A stretch of 64,000 nucleotides of DNA from the human T2T-CHM13v2.0 reference genome, Homo sapiens, in the NCBI RefSeq assembly GCF_009914755.1, contig NC_060926.1, one strand, 5' to 3'. Below the pieces are notes generated by a model. The model was not told where the DNA came from. It ran no database searches and saw only the letters and a program-made list of their open reading frames with translations. Shown in pieces: positions 1 through 14,460 of the stretch. The position numbers and the translations under genes are program-made. Position 1 is the stretch's first letter; each line of letters starts with the position of its first letter.

Positions 1-196
1 CAGTTCTCTGACTCAGCCTCCCGAGTAGCTGGGATTACAGGCAGCCACCACCATGCCTGGCTAATTTTTTGTATTTTTAGTAGAGATGGGGTTTCACCAT
101 CTTGGCCAGGCTGATCTTGAACTCCTGACCTTGTGATCCACCTGCCTCGGCCTCCCAAAGTGCTGAGATTATACGCGTGAGCCACTGTGCCCGGCC
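1..196 (-). mobile_element. AluS element, cut by the window edge
   Basis: Antisense Alu consensus ending ...cccaaagtgctg...cccggcc. Confidence 0.95.
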
Positions 197-399
197 AGCA
201 GCAGCATTCTTAAGCTGTATTTTCTTCTGTGCACTTTAGGAGTATGCTCCAAAGAGTCTCCCAATAGTTCTGCTCTTGCATTCATCAGAGCTAAACTACC
301 CACTATTTCTGAATCTGAATTTGTCTAGTTGGAGAGAGGCTTACAGAGAGTTTGCAAGGTAGAAGGCGACCCACTACAATGATTCCCAAAGAAATGGGT

Positions 400-610
400 T
401 TTGGAGTCAATACAAGCGGTTGAACCAGGAAACATGCCATTTATTGTCTCTGTGACCTTCGGCCTCCTCATTCATGAAAAGGAAAAGTACTAGCACCTAT
501 GTCAAAAGGGGCTGGGATGCTTAAATGAAATATTATATGTAAAATACATAGCACAGTGCCTAGCATACAATACATGCTTCATAACCATCAGCTGATATTA
601 TTACATGCAA
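400..610. mobile_element. MIR fragment
   Basis: MIR-like core (tgtgaccttcggcctc...tgtaaaatacatagcacagtgcctagcata). Boundaries approximate. Confidence 0.6.
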
Positions 611-3488
611 TTTGTCTGTTTTAAAGTACATGAAAGTGTTCTGCAAATAAAATAAGAATTATAGTTATACAGATGTTGGAGTAAAAAGCATAGGTAAAAG
701 GAGGTATTTAAGATTGTACTCTCTGGTGACTGTGTTGGTAAGAGTCCTATTGGAATCAGTCTCAGTAATAATTAACCTTAAAACTCAACAGTGCCCAATG
801 TTCAGGAACCAATGCTTAGTCTACTGTATAAACATTCATTGTGGGTCTAAAAATCTCCACCTTTGAGTCAACTCAGGTCTCTTCAACATACTTTAAAGGA
901 CTTTAATAAAAGTTAAATATTTAACACTACTTTGTTGAATCAGTGATGAATTCATGGATATGTATTATAGTACATACATTTGAAATGTCTCATAAGCAAA
1001 TTTAATGTGAAAAATTAAAGAACCATTTATAACTGTCTTCAGCTTTTACTACCAACAAACATTTACTTTGTTCAAATTATGACTACATTTTAAAAAGTGG
1101 TAGAGATTAAAATTTATTAAGTCTAAAGGCTTTACAAAATGAGAAAACACAGAGGTTTCTACTTACTAGGGGAAACTGCTTTGGTTAATCATTAGAGATG
1201 TTCAATTATTTACTTTAGTTAGAGTCACTGATAAGTCTGCTTGCCATTAATGAAAACTGCACTTCTAACAGGAATGCACATCACTGAATTTTATGGTCTG
1301 TAAAAAGGAAAATACCACAAGGAGAAACAGAATCTACTAATGAAAGTGGCAAGGTCAGGTTGAAAACCATGCCAGATTGTTAATCCCCCAGAATTCACAC
1401 CCAGATCAGAATTTCCTGATTCAAAATCCAACTAAATTTAGCTGAAGAAAATAGAATCAAACGGCATTCAAGAGATTTACTGAATACTTGCTCTGTACTA
1501 GTTATTAGATCACTTATTAATCATAGTTGAATTATAAAAAGTGGGTCATTGAAATTGACGTATCCTGGATTAAAGAGTTAAATGAAAGAATACATATGGA
1601 AAATAAAAACACTCAGGGGATAGAAACATAGAGGCTCAACTTCAATAATGTTAAATGTTTCTAATAGAATCTGTTGGTTCTGTTTATGATTTTCACAGGT
1701 GGAAAAGGGTGGGGTTAGTGGAGAGAATGTAAACAATCCCTTGAAATTGTCTTAAAACTCATGTTTTGTTTTTCAAGGGAAAGACTCACATTATTCTTCT
1801 CCAACCTGGACATTCACAATAAACACTATTAAATAGTATAAAATATCTTATAAATTGACATTAATTTATGGTATTTGCTATTGTGTCCCAATAACTGAAC
1901 TTTTCATATATCTGAGGGTCAAGTTTTAACTCTTAACTCTTGATGGAAGAATGTTAAAAAATTTTTACAACTTAGACAAGCAAGTCAATTTTAAAGTGTC
2001 ATTATTATATATATTATTATTACACTATAATAAATGTAATTTAGAAGAATGAGGTCTTGTATTGAATTTGCAAAATAAGCTGTGAGTTTTTATCACAATT
2101 AAATCAGTTTTATGGTTGATGTGATAAAATTAGCTCAATCTCACAAGACACAAATAATGTATATAATGATGAGGAAAAAAATCACTAAATCCCAAACAAA
2201 AGTCGCCTCATAGAAGTTTTGGTGTCCACTGTTATATGTGTATCTTTTTACACCTGTATATACATGATGCACATAGATACACACACACACGTGCATGCAA
2301 ATTTTGGCTTGTATTGTATGAAAGCATACTTGCCAGTTTCTTTGTTATATTATTGTGATTTGTAAAAATAAAATGTTATCTTTTGGTGGGGTGGGGGAAG
2401 TTTATTTCTGATGTCCTGTATCTCCCTGTGCTACATCCTTTTCCTCTTTGGATGGCACTTCCTCCACACTCCTGAAAATCTAGGGCTTATGCATTCTATT
2501 TTCTTATTCTCTATATAAACCTGTTTTAAGATTCTTCACTGATGGCATAGAAAATCTTAGCCTGCCTAGGTTTTGTAGATTAAGAAAAGTCATATAACAT
2601 CAAAGTGAAGGGGTATAAGGAATAGAGGTGGCATGTCAGATCCCAGACAACTATAATAACGAGAGAAGAAATAGGTCAGCAGTACCAGGGCCTGGAGCTC
2701 TTACATCTACACTAGGCCAGCTATCACTATGTGGACAATTTTAATGCTGCTCCTACCAATCTGCTGAAATAAATATTATGAGAGGAAGCAATGAGGTTAC
2801 AGCTAGGTTCACTTATATGTGATCTAAATACCACCACCAACAGTAACTTGTACCTTTTTGGTTAATAAAATTAAACCCATTCAGGGGATTCTGAGTGGCC
2901 AAGCTTGCCACTAGATTTCTCTTAAAGTCATCTACTTTAAAACTCATTATTAGTCAATGGTAACATGGTTACCATGGTTAACAAACTCATTAACCTAAGC
3001 ATGTCGTCATCAAATATCAAGTCTTTTACCTCTTTTTAGTAATGCAATACCTATGCAATTGTGTTAACTTTTGTGTTACAGTCAGGAGTTTGGGAAGAAA
3101 GATGTCAGTCAATGTTTTATTTTGTTATTGTACTTTAAGTTTCTGAAATCCTCAGAGGAGTAATGCCAGGATTAGACACCGTCATCTCGTTAACGTTGAT
3201 CAAACCAAAACAAGCACGTTCATCTGTTAGAGGCCAATTTTAAAAAATAGCAAAATAGCATAATTTTGTAATACTAGAGTTGGAAGAGACTTTGGGAAAT
3301 TTAATTACACAATCTTATTCTACAGAGGAGAAAACTAAGTCATAGAGAAGTTCAGCAAAGGTGAAGGAAAAAAAATGACAACGGCAAAGAAGAAGATAAT
3401 AGACCTATTAGTAGAATTCAGGAGTCTCTCTCTCAGGCCAGGTCAGGACTTCTTCTTTCCAGCCCTTGTCTAGGCACAATAGAAAGAA

Positions 3489-3511
3489 ACACACACACAC
3501 ACACACACACA
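3489..3511 (+). repeat. (AC)n microsatellite
   Basis: About 11 AC units. Confidence 0.95.
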
Positions 3512-6500
3512 TTAAAAAATCCCATGTTATTCCCCTGTAAGTTTTTTCCATTTGTCTTCCTGAGGCAATCCGTGCTTTCATCAACCCTATGATACTCTGA
3601 TAAAGTATATAAACTAAGTCTTACTCATGATAATCCTCTGCATACAGCATTTAGTAAAAGCCCAATGATGAGGGTCTAGCTCAATGGTACATCTTGGATG
3701 AAAAAAAAAAAAAAAAAACCAGGATGAACCACCAGAAAGCAGAGCTCAGGATCAAGTTTAAAAGACAGGGAATGGTGGTAACCATGATTCCCTGTGATCA
3801 CAGTGATGAGGATAGAGGTGTTTTTAGCCACAGGGTAGGAGAATGTGAATAATCTAGAAGTTAACCGAGTTTAGGACCTATACCAGAGTGAAGCTACAGT
3901 CAATCAAACAAACTGGGGCCAACTCAGTTCATCCAGAAAGGCAATTAAGGCTGGGAGCAGGCTTATCCCAGGGACACCTTAAGGTTATCACTGTGGCTCC
4001 AGAAAAGAGGCCTGCTTCTATCTGCCCTGGCCTCTGTTAACACATGCTGGTTACCAGAGAAATGCAAATCTTCCCATGAGGTCACAAACATCACAGAGAT
4101 AGAGAGGCTAAGTAAACTTCATACTGGTAAAGTAAGCCTCCTAACAGTAATTATTTTCAATACTATTTTATTAACTCAGCATGTTATTTTAGAGAGGTAC
4201 GACTTTTTACATACTAATAGACAAGAATGAGAAATCCATATTAATTCCACAAATGACCTACTGCTCTTTGAATAATATATTTTTCCTTAAAGTTTAACAA
4301 CTTATTAATTCCTCATAATTCATAGTTCTTTTAGGCTAAAACTGTCAGAAACCTAAAATGTAATGGCCCAGAGGGTTGTCATAAGGATTAAATAAGTAAT
4401 GTTCTTAGAGCCTTGTCTGAAACATTAGTAAGCATTATATAAGCATTCACCATTGCTTTTGTTATTGTGATTATGACCCTTTGAAAATCTGATGAAAACT
4501 ACAGTGGCAAAGTATGTATTATATCTAGGAAAGCCTTAAAAAGGGGAGCAGATTAAATATTATACTGTGTTGGTACATTTCTCTACTGAATGAAACCAGT
4601 CATATTTTTGGAAGTATAGACAGCTGTATTCTGTACAGCAAACTGCAAATGCCATGGTAACCACTGTTCCTAGGCAATTGTAGAATTATGCATGGTGGTC
4701 CACTTTCTATATAATAAATATAAGAGGAAAATGGAGGGGAAAATAAAATATAACAACCTGTGTAAAAATCTAAAAAGGGGGATGTTTCTTAAACATTGCA
4801 AATACATACTCTATTACAACAGAGGGTACAACCTTACATACTCTATGTAAAATAACTAGGATTAAAATTAAGTAAAATAGCAAAATATGTACCTGTACAC
4901 TTCATAAGTATATGACAATACATCATCTTATCTGCTTATAAACCATGATATATATTAGAATATAAAATTGCATAAAAGATGAATAATGTAAAACATTTAA
5001 AAAATTAAGTCAGTTATTTTAAAACTAACACTCTAGGTATTAAATTTCACTTGCATAATACTAGATGGCAAAGAGTTTCCGTTTCTCAATAGTTGAGTGT
5101 TTGTCTGAAGCAGGATGCAAAATGAGATAAAATAAAATGCCCAGTGAAGATCATTTCTTACAGTGTTTCCAGCCACAATGTAATATCCCAGAGAAAATGA
5201 TGTGCCATCCCCGTAGCCAGGAGAAAAATTGATTGCTGTTGTATATCCATCATTCCAAGCAGCAGTCACACCAAATGTGCCAAATGAAAAATTCTCCAAA
5301 AGGTTCTGTGAATTCTATGGGTCAAGATTACCAAATACTTTTCCCTGACTCTTCTTCCACTTATTCAAATGTAAAATCAGCTTATGAGGCTAATTTGTCA
5401 ATAAGACCAGAACATCCTTTGGCCATTGATTTTATTAAATGTGCTCTTCATAAACTCTTGGTCAGCAGATACGGTGCAGAAACTAGATTTCTGAACTTAG
5501 ATTTATCTGAGAATTCTAAGTCACTTTCAATTTAAGTCAATGTAATCGAATTTCTGACTTCCCATTTCACAAATGACAATCTTATCGTAAATAACTGTGT
5601 ACATTTTATATAAGAATATATGTTATATGGTTCATATAAATAAAGCATGATCTATTATATGTCTTGTTGCACAAATGGCATTTCAAATCATCAGGAAAAA
5701 TCATATTTAAAAAATGCTCAAAAACTACCAAGAAATACTGCCAGAAAATTTCTAATGGGAAAGTTTTCTTTTCAAATGAACATTTTCATAGAAGATGATA
5801 TATTCACCTTCATAGGAAAAATGACATGAGACTTGAAATAATGTGAAAGAGGGTACAGAGAAATTTAGGGATTTGAAAGGATACTGCAGCAATAATAGTA
5901 AAATATGTGTTCTTCAAAATGTATTCTTTAGATGGAAAAAATAATTTTAGATGCAGAAATATTCTAAGAAAGCTTGGGTTAAATCATTTGCTAACTTGGA
6001 TCTTTGCTATCTCGGCTAACTTTGAATAGTCTTTGGAAACTGCACAGTTAGTTTGTCAAAATTAGCTCAGCAAATCAACAGCCTTTTATGTGAGCATTTT
6101 CAGTATAAGCTCTAAAAAAACACCATCCATATACTTTAATTTGCTAATATTGAGAAATATCTTAGAAGAATGAGGCAAATTATTAAATATAGACAGCCAA
6201 AAAATATAAAATAAATGTGGTTGACAAAATTTTTCCTAAGCTACAGATTTACTGACATCAGTAAACCTTGACTAAGGCAAACATAGTTTCTGTGGCTCTT
6301 AAAAGAACAAGAAAATGCATTAAAAACTCAAAATGAATAAAATTGCTAATTATAAATCCCTTTGTCATGTGTTACTGACATTTATCTCTCTAGCTTTATT
6401 TACCCGCATGAATAAGCATTTTCTACTTCTCATGCAATGTAACTATTTCCAATATTTTCTTTCTGCTTTATTAAAATGTGCTTTGGAGAAAAAAAATGGA

Positions 6501-6885
6501 AAAATTAGAATACTGTACTTCTGTCAAACAGCGCACCCTTGTGGTTTATTTTGTATCCTGAACAATAAAAATTAAATAAAAGTGTCTAAAATTCACATAC
6601 TTAGAACCAATTTGGTCATACATATTTTTCTTCCAAGTTATGTTTTCCTCAACATGCTATCATTTTCAATCACTAAAAATAGTGATATTTTACATTTTCA
6701 AATTGAAAACTAAATTGTTAAAATAGATACAAACGTTTATAGTGATAATGACCATCTTTGATTTTAAATTTAAAACAAGCAAGCAGTGAAATAAGTATGA
6801 TTCACTTGTACGTTCATATGTTTTGCTGAATTTCCTGAATATTTGCATCTGGCTATATAAACCACATTTTTACTATTTTAAAATT

Positions 6886-7193
6886 CATTATTATTTTTTA
6901 AAGACACAGTCTCACCCTGTCACCCAGGCCGGAGTGCAGTGGTGAGATCACAGCTCATTGCAGCTTTGAATTCCTGTGCTCAAGTGATCCTCCCACCTCA
7001 GCCTCCTGAGTAGCTGGGACTGCAGGCACACACCAACATGCCTGGCTGATTTATTTTATTTTATTATTTTTTGTAGAGGCAGGGGTCTTACTTTGTGGCC
7101 CAGGTTGGTCTTGAACTCCCGGCTTTTAAGTGATCCTCCTACCTCGGCCTCCCAAAGTGCTGGGATTATAGGCATGAGCCATCAAGCCTGGGC
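6886..7193 (-). mobile_element. AluJ
   Basis: Full antisense dimer with J-type features (ctcaagtgatcctcccacc in both arms). Confidence 0.92.
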
Positions 7194-8686
7194 TATAAAC
7201 AATTTTAATTCAAGGATCAATTATATTTATATGCATTATGCAATGTACAGTATAGTTTAGTTGGACCTTAAGTTTTCAATATAACCTTATCTAAATTCTG
7301 GCTTTTCTATAAAAGCTTAAGAAATATATTGCTAAAAATTACATGGTCCAATTACCATAAAAGTAAATGTAAGCAATCTTTAAGTTAACCACGTACTTCT
7401 GAAAATTTACCAGATATATGAATGACATACTAAAATTTTACGATATAAGTGTGACACATTCTCATTGTATATACTATACCTGGCTATGAAAGCAGTGATT
7501 AATGTTTACTTATCAATTCTCTTGAACACCTACCATGTTACAGAATTTTGCTGGAGAACACAATTCCTGCCTTCTGGGTGGGGAAAAGAAAAAGGTAAAA
7601 TTTAACAATGCTGCAAGCATTAAGCCATAATACAACCCTAAAGTTTATCTTTAGAGGATGAGGTAAGTAAGTCATGTTATACCCATCAATTTAATATTAT
7701 TCAATCCTTCGAAAAGGGAAGCCCTTTATGAACTGCTAAGAATATCCAGAATAAATAATTCCATACCAAGAAGTAAAGTATAACATGCATGTAGTATATG
7801 GCCACCTGAGGAAAAAAAATATTTAGCATGAATATTGGTTTTAATATGCATACATTATCTCTGGAAAGACACACAAGAAACTGTTAACAGTGGTTGCCTC
7901 TGGGCAGGAGAACTTGGTGGGGGATAGGGAAGGAGAATTTTTACTGTATTCCTCTTTTTATCTTTAGAATAACATATAAAACCTATACATAATGCAAATT
8001 AAGAGAAAATAAAAAGGGACAAGAGGAACAAATTCAGAGAAGGTAAAGATTATTCTGCGCTGGCATCTTCAGAAAACTCTCCATGAATCTGATAAAAGAA
8101 TGGACATCCTTTGGATGGGTAAGTAGAAATGAAGAAGATGGAAGTGGGGCCATTCCATTCTGAAAAGATACAGAACACAGGATTTTTGCATCAGCAACAA
8201 TAAGTCAAATCTTCTGGTTAGAGATAGAAGTATCCTATCCTATCAATGATGAGGCATTAAAAAGTTTAAAAGTAAAATTGTAATCATTCTGTAGAGGATC
8301 TTGGATGCCCAGAAAAATGACAACAAGCTATGCAAAATTTCTGAACTGAGAAGTGATAATTAAGAAATACAAATGCGGCAGCTTGCCACGTTGAGAATTT
8401 CAAAGACACATTAAGTACTGGTTTTCTCTTTATACTCTGTCCTGGATTTCTCTACAAAAGATGTCAGCAGAGGGAATAAAAGACATCATGAAGGGAGACT
8501 GAATGAAGGATTTGTCTCTAATTAGATGTAAAAAGAAAAAAAAACAAAGATGAACTTGAGCTTTTCAGTCTGGTGAAAAACAATGATTCGGATCTTAAAT
8601 ACGTCTTCCAGGTAGTCATGAGTCAATAGCAACTGTGAATTCAAATTGCAACTGGAAGAATACCGAGACTGGAATTACGAAGTTGA

Positions 8687-9134
8687 TGTACAGTTTCCTA
8701 GGGCTGCCCTAACAAATTACTGTGACTGGGTGGCTAAAAACAACACAAATGTATTCTTCCACAGTTCTGAAATACAGAAATCTGAAATCAAGGTGTTGGC
8801 GGAGTCATGCTCCCTTTGAAGGCATTAGGGAGAACCCTCCCTTGCCTCTTCCAGCTTCCACTGACTCCTGGTAATGGTTCGCTGTGGCAGCATAATGCCA
8901 ATTTCTGCCTGTCTTCACACGACCTTCTCTGTGTCTCTCTGCCTGTGTGTCTCCTCTTCTTATAAGGATACCTGCCACTGGATTTGAGCCCACCTCAAAT
9001 CCAATATGAGTTCATTTCTAGATCCTTAAGTACATCTGCAAAAATTCTATTTCTAAATAAGGTCAGAATCACAGGTTTTGGAAGGGTTAGAGCTCAGACA
9101 TACCTTTTGCAAGGAACATATTCAAACCACTACA
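8687..9134 (-). mobile_element. MLT1-family MaLR solo LTR
   Basis: TG...CA termini, MLT1-like sequence (agggctgccctaacaaattac...aaatcaaggtgttggc), and a perfect 5-bp TSD gttga at 8682-8686 and 9135-9139. Confidence 0.88.
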
Positions 9135-11402
9135 GTTGAGAACCATCAGCCCACAAACTCAAAAAAGAAGAGATGTCTTCTCTGAATAAGTGCAGAAATA
9201 TAGACCAAGACCATGGATTTAGTACCTCCAAATTTAGAAAATGAATAAAAGAAACAGTGACAAGAAAAAAAAAATAGAAGAGGGCTGAGATATAAGAAGA
9301 GGTTCAAGACCAAGGAAGAAAAAGACAAATCAAGACCAAGGGGGTAATTAACCACATCAAATATATCAAGAAGTTAGTTGCAGAGATGCCTAGGAAGGTA
9401 TGAATTTTTGTGTGCACTACAGCTTTATCACTAAGAATTTTTGCAATGAATAAATAAAAAATGGTTCTTCAGCTTCTCTAGGGAAAGACAAATAAGTCTG
9501 GGTCCTACTGAACAATACATCAAAGAACTATCCAGATGTCCAGATCAAAAGAAAAAATAATTAGAAAATTGTATAAAGATGTGTAGTTTGCCAAAGGCAA
9601 CATACTAAAAAAAAAAGATTACTTAACACAGGGGCAGCAACTGGTCACAGAGCAGAGGGAGAGAATCAAAAGAAATAGCTTTCAGTGAGGTCACTGGTGG
9701 CACAGCCCAGAATTTTAAGAAACAGACTATTAGAAAGACAACATAGACCTCTTGGGGAGCCAAGTACAAAGGAAGTTTACTGAAATAGATTGGATGAGGA
9801 CAGCTGGAATAAAGATTTGTGAGCATGGGCTAAAGTATATTTCTATATATATTAATATATGCAAAAAGGTAGCTACTCAAGAGTATAATTTACACTCTTC
9901 TATGATACAACAACCCTAAAAATGCTACTTCTTATTGTGAATAAATTTAAAAGGGCTACAAGCACAAAATAAAGTCTTTGGCACCCTGACTTGACCCCTG
10001 CTTACCATGCTTAATTTCAGTCTCTGTTTCTTGCTCATGTCCAGGCAAGCCATCGTGTTCACATTCCTGCGTCTCTTAACAGGGTTCCTTGGCCTAATGC
10101 ACTCCCACACATATTTTAAGAGTGAACTCAAGAATCATCTCTCCGTGAAGATTCTCCCAACTCTCAAGCAGTTACCCTGCAAATTCTTTGTCAGTATGTG
10201 ACTCTATAACTTGACAAAAACATTATCCTCCTGATTTGTGAGATTGGATGAGATTTTATAAGATGAGATTTTATACCACAAATACTAAATTAGACAAGAA
10301 AGTCTTCATAGAAATAAGAAACTTAATAGATAATTTTCCAAGTACTGAGGTTAAGCATTTTCAAAATTCATTTCTATCTCTTTGAGTTGCACGTATGATA
10401 GCCTATAAACTACATTTTAAAACTATGGTTAATTTTTTTTAAGTAAAGGAAGCACAGAAATGTGTACCAGGTGCTTGGGAAGAGTTAATTTACTTTAGCA
10501 TTGCATTTACTAAGCCCCCAAGGGGGAAACAAAATCTTTCAACTAGACACAAGAAAACTTCTCGGTGTCTCAATTATCTCCAAATAAAATCTGCTCTCAA
10601 AGTTACTTAAATCATTCTTTCTGATTACCAGCAACAATATATACAGTCTCATCTTCAATCATATATACCTAAAAATTCATTTATTTTTCACATGGATAAA
10701 GCAAGGAATATGCAGATTGTTTAGTCATGAAAAGTAGTTTGCAAATGGATCTCCACAAAATGGCAAACTCAGGGAAAATTTGAGATTAAAGGTGAGTAAT
10801 AGTAAGAAACTTTGAGAAAAAGGTACACATAGAACTGTGCTTTGAAGATAAGGGTGCATAAAGGTAACTGTGATATATTCTATATAAAAAGGCTCATTTT
10901 CTTTTTTCACTGTGGAGTATCTATGTACTAGGTAGATACCAGGCTATTCCCTGGAGAATCTGAGTCAGGTCAAGAAAATACGTGTGGTTAGAAACCCATG
11001 AACACAACTCAAAGACTGTGTTACTGTATAAAAAAGAACTATTCAAAAATAAAGACTGTATTTCCATTCCTATTACATGCACCTAGCAAGAGCCCCTAGT
11101 TAGGCCTTAGTAAACCAAGACTTTAGGTTTTCAGATTTTTTTTTGCTTGAATATGAAAGTTACTTAAAATGGACATTTATCCTTTACTGCATCACAGACC
11201 TGTATGTACATAGAAGATCTATTCCTAGTACCAATCTTAGAATGAGCTATTCATCTTATTACATATTAGTAACTGTTACTAATTACCAACTGTTATAGGA
11301 CTACTTCTTACTAGTCTACCTAGAAAAGATGTTAGGTAAGAGGAAAAATAAATGGTACACTGCCTCATCCAAAAAAACAAAATAGAAAACAAAACTACGC
11401 AC

Positions 11403-11639
11403 CTTATCTGTCTCATCCACGCTCATGGATTTCACTATACAAGAAGCAGGCCTCTCCTGGATGTGTGCAAGGTCTTGGGGGACACTCTGAGATGCTGGCA
11501 TCGGGGGCAGTGGAGCCCGCCTCTTCTTGGGTGCATCCGACGGCAGGGTGTTGGAAATATATGGTTTGGAAATGGTATTGGACCTTGTAAAAGTTGGGCG
11601 GTGCTTATTTACTAGAGGGGTTGCAGGGGCACTTGCAGT
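11403..11639 (-). CDS. COBLL1: COBLL1 coding exon, 237 nt ([17 protein letters not shown]...[11 protein letters not shown]...SVDETDK)
   Basis: Acceptor attctttactag|ACT after a 113-nt intron, donor AAG|gtgcgt. Contains the [13 protein letters not shown] motif. The next exon was not found within the window. Confidence 0.97.
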
Positions 11640-11752
11640 CTAGTAAAGAATGACAAAGACAAAATCTAGTAATTTCAAGATATTAGTAAAAAGCATTAGT
11701 AATTAAAAATAATTGAAGAATCTTACAAAATGCAATATAAGAAAATACTTAC

Positions 11753-11850
11753 TTGGTCTCGCTTTTTCTTACTGCGTTGAAAAAAACTGAAAAACCCTTT
11801 ATTTTCTTTCTCCTTCATAATATCTAGGTTTTGTGATATTTGGCAGGACT
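11753..11850 (-). CDS. COBLL1: COBLL1 coding exon, 98 nt ([33 protein letters not shown])
   Basis: Acceptor tttcttctattttag|AG and donor CAA|gtaagt. Phase 1/0 fits both neighbours. Confidence 0.96.
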
Positions 11851-12349
11851 CTAAAATAGAAGAAAAGCATCTTACTTTTGTATGTGAGGTTGACTGTTCA
11901 CTTCCAAGATTTCTTTCTCTTACTTCCCCTTTGCAAACTTATCTAATGCTAAAAGCTACTAATTATAGTCTACAAACAAGCACCTTAAATCTTATTAAGT
12001 TCTCAAAGCAACAAGCAAATATTGTTCCTATTTCACAGCAGAGGAAACTGAAGCTTAAAAAACTAAGATACATAATCCAGGCCAACACTCAGGAAATGAC
12101 AGAGCTACGACACAAACTCAATTTTTTTGACTCAGAGTCTGTGTTCTGCTTTTGAAGTATAGAAGCAAAATAGAAAGGACACTTCAAATTACACAAGACA
12201 TGAAATCGCTACCACACAGTTTGTTCCTTTATTTTGATTATACTTTTGTCTCACAGCTAAACAACTATGAAATATCTTATTCTACAAAATGTGAGTCATT
12301 ATAATTGCTCAGTACTTTGTTAAATGTTTCATAAAAGTTATTTCTTTAA

Positions 12350-12578
12350 TAGGGTGGGTCTCAACTGGGACCAATTTTGTCCCCCAGAGGACATTTGACA
12401 AAGTCTGGGGACAATTTGATTGCCACCATTGGCAATGAGGTTAGGAGACTGTGCTGTCTGCATTTACTGGGTAGAGGCCAGTGAGGATTCCAAACATAGC
12501 ACATTGCAAAAGACAGTCCCTAATGACAGAATTATCTTGTCTCAAATGTTAATAGTGCTGAAAATTAGGAAGCCCTAC
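12350..12578. mobile_element. MER20 (hAT-Charlie) relic
   Basis: ttttgtcccccagaggacatttg...tgggtagaggccag...caaatgttaatagtgctga matches the recalled MER20 consensus. Confidence 0.75.
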
Positions 12579-12659
12579 TTTAGTTAGAAGGGCAAATGTC
12601 AAACCTCAAGGTTGTATACATAATATTTATATAAAATTTTCCAAAAAGCATCTCCTAAT

Positions 12660-13900
12660 ATCAACTGAAGGGCCTACAAACAATGACACAGCCAGTAGTG
12701 CTGAGCCTCCCTGGCCCAAATTGGCTATAAATTCCATTTCCCATTAAAAGAAACCATGATTACTTGAGAATGGTTGATTCTCTGTTGGTATCAAAGAATC
12801 TACAAGATAAACTTGGGACATCTAGCCATACTAGAAAGAATGCTATCAAAGTCTACCAGGTTGTGTTAAAAGGACTCAGGAACCAACTTGAGACAGTTTC
12901 TACTGGTAAAAATAAGGATAATTTGGACATCATAAAAGTAACTCAATAAACTGAAACATGTCACATGTGTTTAATTTCATATGTTCATAATGATACTAAA
13001 AAAAAAAAACTCTTTTTTCACCTTTGTGTTATGCTAGAGAACCAGTCCATTATTTTAAAAACTGATGAAAGGAAATCATCCAACTTTTATTATACCTTTT
13101 TCTTTTCTTATTTATTTATTTATTTATTGAGACAGTCTTTTTTTGAATCTCACTCTGTCGCCCAGGCTGGAGTGCAGTGGCGTGATCTTGGCTCACTGCA
13201 ACCTCTGAGTCCTCGGTTCAAGCGATTCTCCTGCCTCAGCCTCCCAAGTAGCTGGGACTACAGGCATGCATCCCCATGCCTGGCTAATGTTTGTATTTTT
13301 AGTAGAGACAGGGTTTCGCCATATTGGCCAGGCTGGTCTCGAACTCCTGGCCTCAGGTGATCCACCCGCCTCGGCCTCCCAAAGTGCTAGGATTACAGGC
13401 ATGAGCCACCTCATCCAGCCTATTCTACCTTTTTCTGATTGAATTCGACTTATGTAGCAGTCATATAGCTGACACGGAGAACCTTACTTTTTCAGTAATA
13501 TTGACTGCAATAGACTTTCACCATTTTTCAAATCTTAATTAACTAAGATGTAGACAAAGATCATTGATGGCTAACATCAGAAAAAAATAACTTGTTGTTA
13601 CATGTTTGCTGATGGAAGTACACAGCAACACTTGTGAAGTATTCTTGCCAAAAAATCTCTCGCCAAAATCTGATCAAGCCTCTAGATTTAACCATCAATT
13701 TACAGGAAAGAGAGGGGAAATTTACATTGAAATAAAATTTCAATGACATTGGCAATAAGTTAAACATTAAGTGACACCACAGGAGGCAAACAGTAAAAAT
13801 CTGAACACGGGAAGCTATAAAACAAATGACCTAGTTTCTTCAATAAATGAGTAGCAAATTTTTCTAAAAGGTTGGAAAAACAATGAGTGGTGATCTGTAA
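12660..13900 (+). mobile_element. Old L1M (L1MC/MD-like) 3' fragment, interrupted by an Alu
   Basis: Resembles the L1M 3'-end sequence also seen at ~53800-55000. Boundaries approximate. Confidence 0.55.
13104..13420 (-). mobile_element. AluSx-like
   Basis: Full antisense Alu with TSD tatt(a/c)tacctttttct at 13088 and 13421. Confidence 0.95.
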
Positions 13901-14427
13901 AACTAAAAAAATATTTCTTCTACTAAGCAACATATGGATTTTATGGTAAATCACAATATAATTTCAATAACATTTGACATAAAATATTGTGTATTAAAAT
14001 TTGTGAGACATAACTAAAGCTAAACTAATAGATAAATATATAGTCTTAAATGCTTTTATTTAAAATACCTGTCTAAGAAAACCAAAATAAATTATGGCAA
14101 AATAGGGACTACTTCAGGAAAGGAAAGCTAGTTAACACCAAATAAATACAATAATACAATATGCCTCAATAACATATGAAAGGAAAACTATTTTACAAAG
14201 TAAAACTTTTAAATCTGATGATTCAAATATTAAATAAGCAGCATACATTCTGCACAATGAGTTTGACAATGCTAGCAACTAATAATAACGAACACGTAGA
14301 TAGCACTTTATGGTTAAAGTTTTTTTGCATGCCTAAATGTTTCTTAGAATGACCTTGTGAGGGAAGTATCAAAAGTTATCACTCTGAGCCCTTTTTCTCA
14401 TTGGAAGATGCTAGCATTTACCCTGCA

Positions 14428-14428
<1 letters not shown>

Positions 14429-14458
<30 letters not shown>
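14429..14458 (+). repeat. (AT)n microsatellite
   Basis: About 14 AT units. Confidence 0.95.

Positions 14459-14460
<2 letters not shown>

Noticed and set aside
5033-5535. Overlapping 88-aa and 100-aa ORFs in unique DNA
   Set aside because: No recognisable protein similarity, the listed starts are not ATG codons, there are no convincing splice sites, and neither matches the next expected COBLL1 exon.
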